Assembly: GCF_035084215.1 (NCBI RefSeq)
Contig: NC_090349.1
Span: forward strand, 35,278,001-35,342,000
DNA: 64,000 nucleotides
Direction of reading: 5' to 3'
DNA from: Heptranchias perlo
Lineage: Eukaryota
Below, piece by piece: positions 13,826 to 25,015 of this stretch. Under the pieces are notes generated by a model, which did no database searches, was not told the origin of the DNA, and saw nothing but the letters and a program-made list of their open reading frames with translations. How positions within the stretch are numbered: position 1 is the first letter of the stretch; each line of letters starts with the position of its first letter. A program made the position numbers and the translations under genes.

Positions 13826-15817
13826 CTAGAACAGAAACAAAGAAACACAGTAAATACCCATGAATGTCATGCCAATTTTCTCCCTCTCACCTCTCCTAAA
13901 GATACTATCTCATGCTGGAATCCAGTTCCACCAGTTTAATTGCCCTCCGGTACCTTGCCCATGTGGCCATTCTTCATGTGAGAGCCAACACAGTGAACCT
14001 TGTCAAGGTATTTTATTGTTGAGGGGACAGGGAAGGATGCTAGAGATGAGGGCAGTCCTATCCTCACTCATCTATCTGTGCACATATTCAGCATAAAAGG
14101 GTTGCAATCTTGAGCAAGAACCCTGGCTGATTTTTTTTCTTCCTAGTAAAGGATGCAGAGGCCAACTGTAGCACCCTTACTCTCACCACAGCTGAGATTA
14201 GCTAACTCAGCATAGACTGGGAAATGAAGCTGGAACCTTCTGTTGTATCTGCCTCAGCAACATGCTGAAGCCACGTGGGGACTGAGATTCTGTTTTGTAG
14301 CACAATGTACATGTTTCTTGTATCAATTCCTTTAAAAGTGTGCGTGTATAAGACTGCCATATGTATACGGCACTATCTTTTACAGCTTCATGCTGTCTAT
14401 ACAGATGAGTGTGTGCGTGTGCAGATATTTCTATTTGGAAATTTAAAACAAATAGTTACAATACAAATAGAAAATCAGTAAAATCCTAAACGACTATATT
14501 ACAGACAATCTGTAAACTGCTAACATTCCTGTGTTTCAAGAAGCAACTTATTTATCATAAATAGTATGATAAGTACCTTGGTAATATCAAACATTTTGAA
14601 TAGCTCTTTCTAAAACAATATTTATATAGCACCTTTCACGACCTCAGGACGTCCCAAAGCGCTTTACAGTCAATGAAGTACTTTTTTTTTGAAATGCAGC
14701 AATGTGATAATGACCAGATAATCTTTTTTTTTAAGACTTCTAGACAGAGACTGTCTGCAAGCACTCCAACATAGGGGCATCACATTCAAACCTGATCCTG
14801 TCCTTACTCTATATCAGGAATGCCCACTCTATTGGAGGAAGAGGGTGGATTAGTATACCAAAACTAGATTGAATTGCTTTTTGGTCAGGGAGAATCACGA
14901 ATTAACACATCCAACATAATGATCTCAATTTTAATGGGAGTAAGGGCGGTGGGTGAGGGGTGAGGTGGGTACAGTGCACACGGGCCCTGAAGTGGAACCC
15001 GGTCAGATCCCCTACCTTGCCGGCGGGAGTGGGAATTTGGCAGCAGGAGGCCGCAGCCGAGGACTGAGGTTAAGTGGTAAAGGGGGGACTCCAGACGCAA
15101 TCAGAGGGAGCCTGGGACAATGGAGGCCCAAGGCTTCCTTGTGCGGCCTGGAGGAGCATTCCTGCTCCTCCTGGTCTACAAGAAAACCTGATTAAATGTA
15201 ATTATTCATCTGCCTGGACCTCTTCTGGCCCACGATCCACCTCCTGGCAGGTCTGGCCTGACGGGAAAGCGGGGACTGCTCCCCAGCTCAGGCCTCCAAC
15301 TAATATTGCAGTCAGATTCAGATGACACCATTGGGACCCGATCTGCATATTTAAAGAAGTACCTCACTTCCTACCTGCAGGTGTCCCACTCACCTGCTCA
15401 AAACAGCAACATATATAAGACACAACATTCAGGACCCCCAAACACTGAAATTGGCTAAAGGGTGCACTCTGCTTCCTGGGCTACTCCATTCCATGCTGCT
15501 GCATCTGTGATCTTCTTTGCTGCCCACACCTCCCTCAATTGGCCTAGACTGAACCTGGAACCTTCCTGGTCTGCATGCCTCAGTACCATTACGGCATTGC
15601 ATTTTCCCACAGAATTATTGGGGTGCTCTTTTTAAGTTCATTTTTCCTAATGAACCAGTCACCTGCAGTACTACAATCCCCCGTACTGTACAAAAAGCTC
15701 AGTTCTCCCCATCTAAATCTACAGCACTGAAGATGAATGTCTTCCATGAAGAAGCTGTAAACTATTGAAGTCTAGTTTATTGATAAGAGTTAACTTTTCT
15801 CTAATGAGCCTGGTTAC

Positions 15818-15955
15818 CTTGTGTAGGTTCATTGCCTTGTGCCTCAGTCTCTTTCTCAGCCCACATGCTACAGACAGACAGAAAATAATGAGAGCCAGCA
15901 GAAGCAGAATGTAACTGGTCTTCAGTAAATGCTGACTGCAAAGAATACGGTCTTC
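15818..15955 (-). CDS. TMEM248-like, coding exon 5 (second TM helix)
   Basis: ccctgtag|EDRILCSQHLLKTSYILLLLALIIFCLSVACGLRKRLRHKAMNLHK|gtaacc. 138 nt, phase 0 to 0. Parallels TMEM248 DDRSLINLHLMHTSYFLF. Confidence 0.9.
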
Positions 15956-16444
15956 CTACAGGGAAAAAAACAACTGAAATATAAATGGCAATATGAATTA
16001 ATCAGTCCCCACTACCTGCTGAGTAAAGGCATCACCCAGTTTAGCACGAAACCATACAGACTAGAAGGCTGCAGATTAAATTCCTAACCTCAGCTAACAC
16101 CAATTGTGGTGCTACAATTTGCTTCAGTGCTCCTGGGCTGGGGGGAAAAAATCAGCTACACTTCCCACTCTGAATTCCTACTGGAAAGTGCACAAGTGGA
16201 TGTAGGTGAGGGTATCAGGTGAAGACAGGATCGTGTTTGGCTGTAATGATCTACATAGTTGAATAACCTTGTGGCACTCACCATTTAGGTTCTTGTATGA
16301 AGAATAGTCACTTAGGCAAGGTACTAGAGGGCTGTCAGTGCCTGCGCAACAGTGCCATAGCATGAATCAGCACCATCCAGCGAGAAGGAAAAGAGAAAGA
16401 ATGGCAAAAAAAAGTTCCAATAATCAAAAAAAAATCCAGTAAAG

Positions 16445-16570
16445 CAAAAGTAAAATACTGCAGATGCTGGAAATCTGAAACAAAAACAGAAAATGCTGGA
16501 AATACTCAGGCAGCATCTGTGGAGAGAGAAACAGGGTTAGTGTTTCAGGGCGATGACCATTCGTCAGTTG
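16445..16570 (-). mobile_element. older Penelope-like 3' end fragment with degenerate hammerhead
   Basis: Minus strand CTGACGAATGGTCATCGCCCTGAAAC followed by a T-rich ...CCAGCATCTGCAGTATTTT tail. Related scraps at ~36565-36605 and ~59550-59590. Confidence 0.5.
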
Positions 16571-17484
16571 TAGAGACCAGTTTCATTGCCATTGGAATAA
16601 GGCAGCCTGAAGCTCAAAAATACTGATGTAAAGGAGCCACTGAGGCACTTAAATTTTCTTCAGGGGTGGTGAGGTTAAGGCCTGCACCTCTCCCAACCCT
16701 GGGACACTTCAGCTGGACTTTCCAGCCTCTTCAGTGGAGGAGGGAACCCCAGATGTGCTCTTATGCCACTGGAGGCTTGCAGATCACAGGAGTATCTTGT
16801 GAACTTTGGGAGAATCAGCGGCAGAGGTCAGGGCAGGTGCATCTGGGCACTTTCATCAAGATGTGCTGTCCCACAGATTTTTGGGGTCTCTACATCTTTT
16901 TGAGTCAGTTACAAATGTACCCAACTTTCCTGATGATACACTGAGAAATGTAAGCTACTGTCGGTTACATTTTTGTAGACAATATTGAATAAATGTCTGA
17001 AAAGAGAGAGATAGCATAAATGAATATAATATACATAGGATAAATGCCATTAATCATTTAAAGGATCATTTAAAAGAGATATTTTTGTAAAAAAAAGTTT
17101 ATTTCTTTCCAAACTTATACCTGTAATTTACTTTCCTCCTTTAGTTTCCTATTGTGTCATGCACCATTTTCTGACCTGGTTCAAGGGTCTTTGCCCGTAC
17201 CTATCTTCATACACATGTTATGAGATGTGGAGGAATGGCCGTAGTAGACTTAGTCTCGATTTCTCCCTCTCTGTGACCAAGCACCCAGTCTCTACTTTGT
17301 ACTTTGCTCTTTTGGCATGATACGGATCAGAAATTTGACGCATGGGGTATTTTGAAAAAAAAATGATTTACATACACAGTTGATTAAATATTAGTATCAG
17401 ATATAGTTTTCTTCATAATAGATTTAGACAAATTGGTGACAACCAAGGTAGAGAAAAGCGTTTTTATTTGTCTCTGAGTCTCAC

Positions 17485-17644
17485 CTTTGACAGCACAATG
17501 GAAAATTTGGGTTCAGGTTTGTACTGTGCCTTGTAGCACTGAGCAGAAGTGAGATCTTGTGAAGTCTTTTCTGAACTCTCTGCCAATGTGGCTTGATACA
17601 ATGATGCATCTGTGAGATTCTCCAAGGTACAGGAAGGAAAGTAT
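17485..17644 (-). CDS. TMEM248-like, coding exon 4
   Basis: ctgtcag|(R)YFPSCTLENLTDASLYQATLAESSEKTSQDLTSAQCYKAQYKPEPKFSIVLSK|gtgaga. 160 nt, phase 2 to 0. Confidence 0.88.
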
Positions 17645-17885
17645 CTGACAGAAACAAAAGATGAAAATAAATTAAATGTCATCAACAACAATGAACATCA
17701 AGACATGAACATGTTTTGGGTTTTACTATGCCAGAGACCAATTTGACATGAAGCAAAGCAGATTGCTAAAATGATGAATGACATTATAAAAACTCCCAAT
17801 AAGTACATCACTTGGAGTCCACTATTGCCATTAAAGAATGATCTTGTTTTATTTGTGAGAAAATGTTGTTAATGATTGTTATATA

Positions 17886-19034
17886 CAGTCCCTATCATTT
17901 ATACCACCTGTGGTTATTGCGGGCAACCATCTATACTGGGCAAATAACGCTAGCCATTGCCATTTCCATAGATGTCAATTACAAAGGCACCGCTTATACC
18001 ATATTAAGCGCTCCAGCTATTTTGGGCAGACTCAGCTGTTCAATCGTTAAGGTGTGATTACCGTGGCTACTTAATTCCCTGTGATTAGTGTCTGGTTACA
18101 GCTTGCGCTAATCAGCACTGACTGCAGCAGCAAAAATGACTGGAAAGAGGAAAGCAATGAGCCTCAGCACAAAAACTGATCTCATAAACAAGATGGTTGA
18201 GCTGCTGAAGGTGAACCAGTGTGACCTAGTGCAGCACTAGTCTTCTAAAATCTACTGTCGCCAACTTACAGAGACATTGTGCACAGCTGTTCACTGAATG
18301 GCATCGAACTTCCAACCCAGACAGAAAGAGGAAGGATGGGGAAGTCGAGGAAACTACGCTGGTTTCAGAATGTGCGTGGGAGAGATACGCTTATCAGTGG
18401 CCCCCTTCTAGCCCAAAAAGCCAAGCAGTTGGCTGAAGGTTGTGGCAGGCCCGATTTTAATCCATCTGAAGGGTATCACCTTGCTGACCACGCACTTTGC
18501 CTGAAACTGACACCGACGACATAGGTACAATCCGAGCCGACGCCATGGACAATGACAATGAGGGAGAACAGGACCCGGATGAAAATAGTAAAGAGATTAT
18601 GGTAATGCTGGCTGATGTACGCTCAGCGGTTTTGACACTGCGGCGGGCTATGGAGCAGCGTTCCTATATAGAGCCAGACTGGGACACGCTAAGAAAAGTG
18701 AAGAAAGTTTGGCATCCATACTGCCAGAAAAAGACAGTCCAGGCGCGGATTACAGAGTTCTTCGCTGGAAACAAGCAGGAATGCTGTGTAACCTGTAAAC
18801 TTCAGTACAATGCTCTGAAGTATAAGTTACTGCTTTTTTGACTTTTTAGCAAGTGTGTCTCAAATGGAGTTTGTGAAACTGCATACATGTTGCTTTACTT
18901 TGTTCATTGGTGATTTGGGTGCATTTTAAATGTCAGGTTATTTGTTTGAGAAGCACTACTCATTTTACCGTCCATCTCATATAGCAGGCAAACCACATTA
19001 ACATGAACACAACCGATATAAGCGGTGGCGACTG
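17886..19034 (+). mobile_element. Tigger/pogo DNA transposon, internally deleted
   Basis: TA-CAGTC...GACTG-TA termini with imperfect TIRs. Transposase relics MTGKRKAMSLSTK, WFQNVRGRDTLISGPLLAQKAKQLA (CENP-B-type HTH) and C-terminal QARITEFF; DDE core absent. Confidence 0.85.
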
Positions 19035-20237
19035 TATTGCAGTTTTACCTCCAGGCAAGAGGTGTGGCAGGCAAGATAGAATCATTTGTGATAGTGAGTT
19101 ATTCTCCACAACAGCCTACTGGCGCTCTTCCAGGTTCACACACAAAAAATGGTCATATAGAGGATGCTGGACAATTGCTGCCACCCATGACCCAGCATAG
19201 GCCACCTTCAGGAGAGGATAAAACTGAGCAGAGTGGAGGTGGGGGGGTGGAGAATTCCTGGAAGCCCCTAGAATTAGTGGCATTTACAGGACATCAAGAT
19301 CAACTAAATTTATTTTGGGAACCCTATGATGTGGTTTACAGTTGCGCTGAATACAGTACACACTAAACAGGCTAGACTTGTTATCACTGAAATGCAAGTC
19401 ACTTTAAACACATCTACAATGTAAATAAAACAGAGTCCAAATTCAAATTCTGCTAATGTATACTGAATAGGTTCAATGAGAAAAGCTAGAAGTTATAGTT
19501 CAGTAGGTTTATAGCTTCAAACTACATAGAGAAGGAATGTAAATGGGCAACTGAGTCAAGCCTGCTCCCACCTCTTATCTAACAGCCAGCTATAGAGCAG
19601 TATAGGAACAGGTCTGAAAAATCACTTCGGCAAGATTGTTGCATAGACCAATAGGGACCTTAAAGAGGGGAGAGCTTGGCCCATGTAGAAAAATATTTTA
19701 GACACACCAGGAATAAGTAACTGATTGCAAAAGTTTAATCTTTTAACAGTTTTTCTCAATGATTTCTTCAGTCAAAGCAACAGAAACATGAGCAGTTATT
19801 GTAACTAACTCAATCTATGGAACAAACTGCCATGTAACTATTGTTGCACTCATTTACACATGCTTAGAGAAGGCACTTCTCCATCTTTCCTCAACTACTA
19901 CTACCTCACTTTCTTCATCTAATCCCCCGATTCTATCTGATTCAGTCTTTCCCTCTTGTCCGCCCGTTCCTCTCTCAGAGGTATCAGGGCATGCAATAAT
20001 GAAAACCTGTTTAAATATATGGAGGGTCTATTTATGACAGATATGCATCAAAAATTGGTTGTACTTTTAAAAGTAAAACAACTGATTGACATTCCTAATA
20101 CAGGTCTGCATCCATGCCTCCTTACCCCCTCAGTTTTGGTCATTATAAATTGCTCTGCTCAGATTTAAGAGTCAGAATTTGTATTACTTCAACCCAAAAA
20201 AACCAAACAGACCCTCCTCAACTCATTTGTCACTGAC

Positions 20238-20385
20238 CTTGCTTGGGGCAGGACATGTGCAGCTGCAGACATTGTGATACAGGTAAGGGGACTCTTGGTA
20301 TTTGTGGAGTTTATTTGTGAAAGGTAATGTTCAGGTGGCCATGGCGATGTCAGCATGATGTTAATCATCTCCTTTGCTTTAGACT
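20238..20385 (-). CDS. TMEM248-like, coding exon 3
   Basis: cttacag|(E)SKAKEMINIMLTSPWPPEHYLSQINSTNTKSPLTCITMSAAAHVLPQA(R)|gtcagt. 148 nt, phase 1 to 2. Confidence 0.88.
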
Positions 20386-21084
20386 CTGTAAGAGAAAGAA
20401 AGTGGCATTTAGCAAACAGTCTAAAATAATACCGGTAATTTCATGGAAACGGGCTGGGAATCTTCTGAAAAATCTCCCACAGAGGTAAGTTAAGAAATTG
20501 TTCCAATTAAAACTTGTAAGTGAAGAGGAAGGATCAGACACAGAATCTATAGGTCAGTGATTTTAGTTACCACAATATCACATTATATAGCCTTTTTTTT
20601 AACAGGAGACTGGAAAAAAGGCCCACAGTCTACTGACTCAGATTCTGGAACCGAATGCAAACTGGTCAAATTTATAGATGATACTAAAGTTAGATAGGGC
20701 AGGGAGAAGAACAGTTACGACAGAGGAAGCAGCCCAGAACTTACAAACAACAACTTGCATTTATGTAGTTCCTTCAACATAACAAAACTTCCCAAAGTCT
20801 TCCACAGAGGCATAATTTTAAAAAAGTGACACTGAGCTAAAGCAGGAGCTATTAGGAAAGATTACCAAATGCCAAAGAGGTGGATCACTATCCAAAAGAG
20901 AAAGTGTGTATCTATCCTAGCTTTAACTGACAGCTATACTAGATGGCCAGGGTTTTGCACTTTTGTGCTCACCAGCCTGTGATTTACCACCTCATTAAAA
21001 TGAATGCAGAAGCACAAAATTCCAGCTAATATTTTCCTTAGTTATTTAGTTCAGAAGGGATCTCCACTGTGCATTCGTGCTTAC

Positions 21085-21388
21085 CTTCCAGCCCCAGCAG
21101 ATTTCCAACCACCACAGCTTGAAGACGAGTTATGTTACTATAAAATCTTTTTAACGGCTCCTTTGAGTCAAAGCTCATTGGCACTAGCAGAGACACATTG
21201 ACTGGTATGCCAGCAGTGGCCAAGGGTTGCTGTGTTGTGGTATGAGCTGAAGGATCTGGGTCTGGTCGTCTCCTTACAGAACCACGTCCAACTTCAGGTA
21301 GAGGTCCTGTGTTAGACTGCCGCAGGCTTTCATTTTCAGACAGACAGAATTCCAGTTTACTGAGAGACTGCAGGACTGTATTCCAGGC
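21085..21388 (-). CDS. TMEM248-like, coding exon 2
   Basis: ag|AWNTVLQSLSKLEFCLSENESL...PVNVSLLVPMSFDSKEPLKRFYSNITRLQAVVVGNLLGLE|gtaagc. 304 nt, phase 0 to 1. Parallels TMEM248 WNTFL..LCVSENETL..PVNIS..NVTHL. Confidence 0.9.
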
Positions 21389-22419
21389 CTAATTCAGTAA
21401 ATAAAAACAAACATACACATTTAGGACCTCGCACGTAAAAAGGAGGGTTGTTCAACGACATTGCATCATAAGCTATTCCCCCCCAATTTCCTCCACTTCT
21501 TTCTTGAAGGTGGGTATAGTTTTATAGCTACCAGTAGCACACTGGTACCTCACTCACAAGGTAATTCTTTGTGTGAGCTGAGACAAGTGTTGGCAAACTA
21601 GTTAATTGTGGGACATCACCAAAGCTGATTCTGTCCAAGATATGTCCACACATGCAGGTATGCCAACAGGGAGCCCATAGGGTAGCGATCAACAACAGGA
21701 ATCCTAGCTGATTTCTTGTCTGCTCTGTTTGTGGCACTAAGCCATACTGACCAGGATGTTCCAGATTTGATCATTGGTCTATGCTGATCCCAGCTCGTTG
21801 AGGTGTTACAATTGGTCTCAATGACTCTGGGCTAGGGAAGGGAAAAATAAGTTAGGGTTCCCAGTTCACATCACTATCCAGTGATTACCCGCATGTTTAT
21901 GTGGGTATCATTGGTCTCCGCTGTGACGCTCCCAGTTGATTAGTTTGCTAGACATCACCATCTAGGATCATGCATGAAGTATGGCCACTTGGGCTGGGTG
22001 ACAGAGAACTGTCAGCTCCTATGAAACCATACCCCGGCATAAGTCATGGCTCTTCAGTAGATGAGCAAAGAAAGTTTGCGGGGTGGTAGGGGGGAGGGAA
22101 AAGAAAAAAGATTAGATCAATAAAGGGATTCCCCACCCCTGTTCCAGTTTTCTCTCCTCCTCTTCTGAAGGCACTGATTGTTAGGGTATCGTTCTGCTGC
22201 ACCATCCTGTACCTCACCTAGGTGGTATCCTTCATGTGTTAGCTAGTTAGTGGGTATTGGCAGACTTTTTCAACCATGGAGGGCAGCACAGCCAAGCTCA
22301 ATTCTGTCCTCGTCCAACATCCACACATAAGCATTTTTGGGGAAGGTCACTGGACAGCAATCAGAAATGGAAACCATACCTAATTTCTCACTACCCTATC
22401 CAAAGGACAGTGAAAGACA

Positions 22420-22862
22420 TGACTTTCATTTACATAATGTCTTTCACATCCTTAGAACATCCCAAAGTGCTTTGCAGAGCATGAAAGGTGCTACATAAGT
22501 GCAAGTTCAACACAAGCTAATGAATTAATTTTGAAGTGTAATCACTATTGTCTTGTAGGCAAACATAGTAGCCATTTTTCAGAGCAAGGTCCCACAAAGA
22601 GTAATGGGATAATCTGTTTCTGATGGTATCGGTTGAGGTATAAATATTGGCCAGGGCAACTCCCCTGCTTTTCTTCGAATAGTGCCCTGGGATCTTTTAC
22701 ATCCACCTGGCAGAGCAGACAGGTCTCGGTTTAACATCTCATCTGAAAGAAGATAACTTAAGTGTCAGACAAGATTATGCCCGCAAGTCTGTATTGCAGC
22801 TTGAACCCACGACTTTCTGAGATGAGGGGGTACTTAGCTACCACTGAGCCAAGTTTGACAGT
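22420..22862 (-). mobile_element. Deu-domain SINE inserted into an LF-SINE-like copy
   Basis: Reverse-complement similarity to 5822-6045 and 54050-54465. LF-SINE-like sequence lies on both sides (~22130-22400 and ~22863-22980). Confidence 0.65.
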
Positions 22863-23295
22863 GAAACCAATTGTAGTGACACTACTGCCACCACAGCTGA
22901 GATCAGCTAATTCAGCATAGATGAGAGATCTTCTGGTCTGTATGTTTTAGTGTTTCAACAAGGGAGTCAATCAGGGAAGCTGATAAGAAAATAAAACTTC
23001 AATAATTTCTGTTACAAATATACAGGGTCTAGACAACAAATAACAATCATCAGTTATTTTAATTATGGTGTACAGCTCCTGAAATATCTATATGCCGGTG
23101 CACAAATGCAAGGAGAAACTGATTTTGCACATATACACTGTTTTCTCCTCACATTTGCACATGCATGAACACTATGGCAGGCAGAGGGGAAGAAATTAGA
23201 CCAAAGGACTCCAGTTTGCCAGTAATGTGTAGCATCTAACAATCACGTGTGTAATTTTCACAGACTTGTTTTCTCGGTGCACTTTGTCAGCTTAC

Positions 23296-23454
23296 CTGAG
23301 GCACATCAGGGTTTGTGACTTCGTGTGAGCGGATGTAGATCCCGAGACTGAAGAAAGCGATGCCCAAAGAGCTGATGCTCAAAACAAACAAAACCAGTGG
23401 TGGCCGGTGGACAACAAAATACTTCACATTCTCCAACAGGTGCCATGTCACCAT
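23296..23454 (-). CDS. TMEM248/TMEM219-family membrane protein, coding exon 1
   Basis: GTCACCATGG Kozak with in-frame upstream TGA. MVTWHLLENVKYFVVHRPPLVLFVLSISSLGIAFFSLGIYIRSHEVTNPDVPQ|gtaagc resembles the TMEM248 N-terminus (LENLKVYISSRPPLVVF...); first TM helix. Acceptor tttaatctag just beyond 23472. Confidence 0.9.
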
Positions 23455-24639
23455 GGTGACAGCTAGTCACAACTAGATTAAAAAAAAACAAATTATTTAC
23501 ATACATATAAAAAGATTAGACTATGCTGGCTGCATCTGTACATACTGCCCAAAACTGAATTTGTATTGAATGGGAGGATTTGTTTTTTTTCTTGCCCATT
23601 TGCTAAATTGTTTTTTAAACCCAGAATTCCCAGCTCTACCTAAGCAGATGACCTGTTCCCAAGACTACAGCACTCGGAGCTGAGGCAGAATGGGCCCTAT
23701 TTGCTTCATCCTCTGATTTTTCCTTCCTGTGGAGGAGGGTCTATTCTGGGCTCAGATTCTCTTCCCAGTGGCACAGCTGAGACTGGAAATTTGCTGGACG
23801 TCGAAAATGGTAACCGTGAACCTGCTTCCCACCTCTCCCTGTGGCACAATCTGTTCAAGCCCCAATGAACTGCACTAATAATCTGCCCATGAAATAAAAT
23901 TCAATTCTCTTTCTCCCACCACCCCCATTCCATGTCCCAAACATGCTGATTCATGATGAGGTATTACATAGAATGTACAGCCATTCGGCCCAATAGGTCC
24001 ATGCCAGTGTTTATGCTTCACACGAGTCTCCTCCCTCCCTACTTCATCTAACCCTATCAGCATATGGTATGGATCCACAGGTGCCAGCAGCTACCCAGTT
24101 CCTCACCCAAGTGGCCAGACCCCATGTGTCAGTAAGTTATTTGACCATGTTAGAGGGATCACAGCTGTTCCTGCTACCATCTCAATAACATGTCCATGCA
24201 CCTGCACTTAACAGCAAGGGTCAGTGGGCACCAATCAAATGCAGGTTCCTGGTTTGATTTTTCTCCTCCAACATCTGAGGTTACTGAAGCCAATTGTAGC
24301 ATTCCTGTTGCTGCCCAATCAGAGATCAGCTAATTCAGCATGGATTAGGGATTAAACATGGGAGATTCCTGATTTGTATGGATCAGTATTATTACTCACT
24401 AAACCACCAGGGCAGCTCAGACTTCAATTTCAGTCCTATACTGTGTGCCTCACATTCCTTTCTTTTCAAATAATTTTTCAATCGTCCTGAACAAAAAGGA
24501 AAGAATTATTTCAAGAAATATTCTTCTTCTAAAACCCTCATTACAGGAGATGTCGATCCATTGTCCTTGCCAAATGGTCAATGGTTAATGACTAGTTCTC
24601 AATACTCACTGCAGCAACAAAGGTGTTAATATTGGTTCG

Positions 24640-25015
24640 CCCCATTGGTTCAGTTGGTAAAGGTAGTGTGTAATAAAGCCATACTAGACCACAAGATTCC
24701 ACACTGTGCTGAGTGAGCTGATTTCTGCCAGGGGTGAAGGAGGATTGTTAGGGAAGTGTCCCTGAGCTAAGGAAAGGAAATTCAACCAGTCTTCCTACTC
24801 CCAATTACTATGCAGTGACCTCTGCTGAAATACGCATGTTTGCAAACTTTGGCTGAGGACAGGATCAGGCTTGGCTGTGATGCCTCTCACAGTCAAATAC
24901 CATGCTGACACATAGGCTCAGCAATGAAGAATGGCCAATTGAGACAGGTATCCGCATGTGTGGAACCATAGCTCAGCAGGAATCAGCACTTCGAGGAGAC
25001 GCGGTAAGGAGAAAA
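24640..25015 (+). mobile_element. LF-SINE-like ancient SINE (representative of >15 copies in window)
   Basis: Recurrent motifs CTGTGCTGAG..AGCTGAT, GAGGACAGGATCAGGCTTGGCTGTGATG and ATGAAGAATGGCCA. Other copies near 3760, 11170, 13870, 16030, 21470, 21740, 24070, 26170, 27840, 38790, 43030, 57620 and 62480. Confidence 0.75.
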
